From assembly GCF_000019345.1 (NCBI RefSeq), contig NC_010503.1:690001-722000 (forward strand): a stretch of 32,000 bases of DNA, read 5' to 3'. Of the stretch, positions 31,669 through 32,000 are shown one piece after another. How positions within the stretch are numbered: position 1 is the stretch's first letter; each line of letters begins with the position of its first letter. The notes below the pieces were generated by a model that was not told the origin of the DNA, made no database searches, and saw only the letters and a program-made list of their open reading frames with translations. The position numbers and the translations under genes are program-made. The DNA is from Ureaplasma parvum serovar 3 str. ATCC 27815. Lineage in GTDB: Bacteria > Bacillota_I > Bacilli_A > Mycoplasmatales > Mycoplasmoidaceae.

Positions 31669-32000
31669 CTATTTTAATTTTAATTCCAAAATAGTTGGTT
31701 GTTGTGCTTCATGGGGATGTTTATCATTTTTATAAATGAATAATTTGTTTAGAATTTGTTTTGCTAATTTATTTTTTGGAAGCATTCCTTTAACTGAACG
31801 ACGAATAAGTTCATCTGAATATTTGCTAATCATTTCTTCCCCACTACGTGTTCTTAAACCACCAATATAGTGTGAATGATTATATCAATTTTCACGTAAT
31901 GCTTTTTGACCAGTTAAAACAACTTTATCTGAATTGATAACTACCACATAATCACCTGCATCAACGTTTGGTGTATAATCAACTTTATTCTTTCCTCTTA
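31669..32000 (-). CDS. rplM: 50S ribosomal protein L13 (C-terminal part; 5' end outside the window)
   Basis: Read by hand: ..[80 protein letters not shown] with stop TAG at 31669-31671. One in-frame TGA is present. The segments are too short for the track. Confidence 0.9.

Noticed and set aside
1-32000. Many short same-frame ORF fragments could suggest a region full of pseudogenes or frameshifts.
   Set aside because: All breaks are in-frame TGA only, with no frameshifts needed. Conserved motifs continue across them, and every gene ends at TAA/TAG. This is genetic code 4, not gene decay.
1-32000. Search by eye for CRISPR arrays, rRNA/tRNA genes, IS elements, integrases and long inverted or direct repeats at island borders.
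   Set aside because: None were recognised. All intergenic regions are short (<=240 bp) and are accounted for by terminators and promoters. A covariance-model scan (tRNAscan/Infernal) would be needed to exclude small ncRNAs.

Overview
This is a very AT-rich Mollicutes (Mycoplasma-type) chromosome segment that must be read with genetic code 4 (UGA = Trp). Every long gene is interrupted only by in-frame TGA, never by TAA or TAG, so the supplied standard-code ORF track is heavily fragmented. I re-joined the fragments by reading the gap codons by hand. The result is 21 solid protein genes plus one doubtful small ORF. I recognised no rRNA, tRNA, CRISPR array, transposase, integrase or long repeat. 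The left ~15.7 kb (minus strand) is one tightly packed polycistron: possible leader sORF, lipoprotein, 3-TM protein, oppB, oppC, oppD, oppF, a giant 1883-aa membrane-anchored PDxFFG-motif protein with an HEYGH zincin-like motif, and an OppA-like lipoprotein that runs off the window. The middle holds a YitT-family membrane protein and rpsP-trmD-rplS, whose perfect TTGACA-17-TATAAT promoter is nested in the upstream terminator, followed by a Cof-type HAD hydrolase and RNase J. The right ~9.4 kb, between rnj and rpsI-rplM, looks accessory. It carries a 1367-aa DUF4011/Upf1-like SF1B helicase with a DUF559/Vsr-like nuclease-fold tail. Divergent from the helicase is a 578-aa protein with KAP-NTPase-like topology (degenerate P-loop plus TM hairpin), followed by a 6TM K+ channel with an atypical TTIAYGD filter. 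Convergent on these is a two-gene operon: a TupA-like ATP-grasp ligase plus a DUF2156 (MprF C-terminal-like) protein. The best follow-up candidates are the helicase / pseudo-KAP / channel neighbourhood, the HEXXH-bearing giant protein inside the opp operon, and the ATP-grasp + DUF2156 pair in a wall-less organism. All family assignments come from motif recognition by eye, with no searches run.
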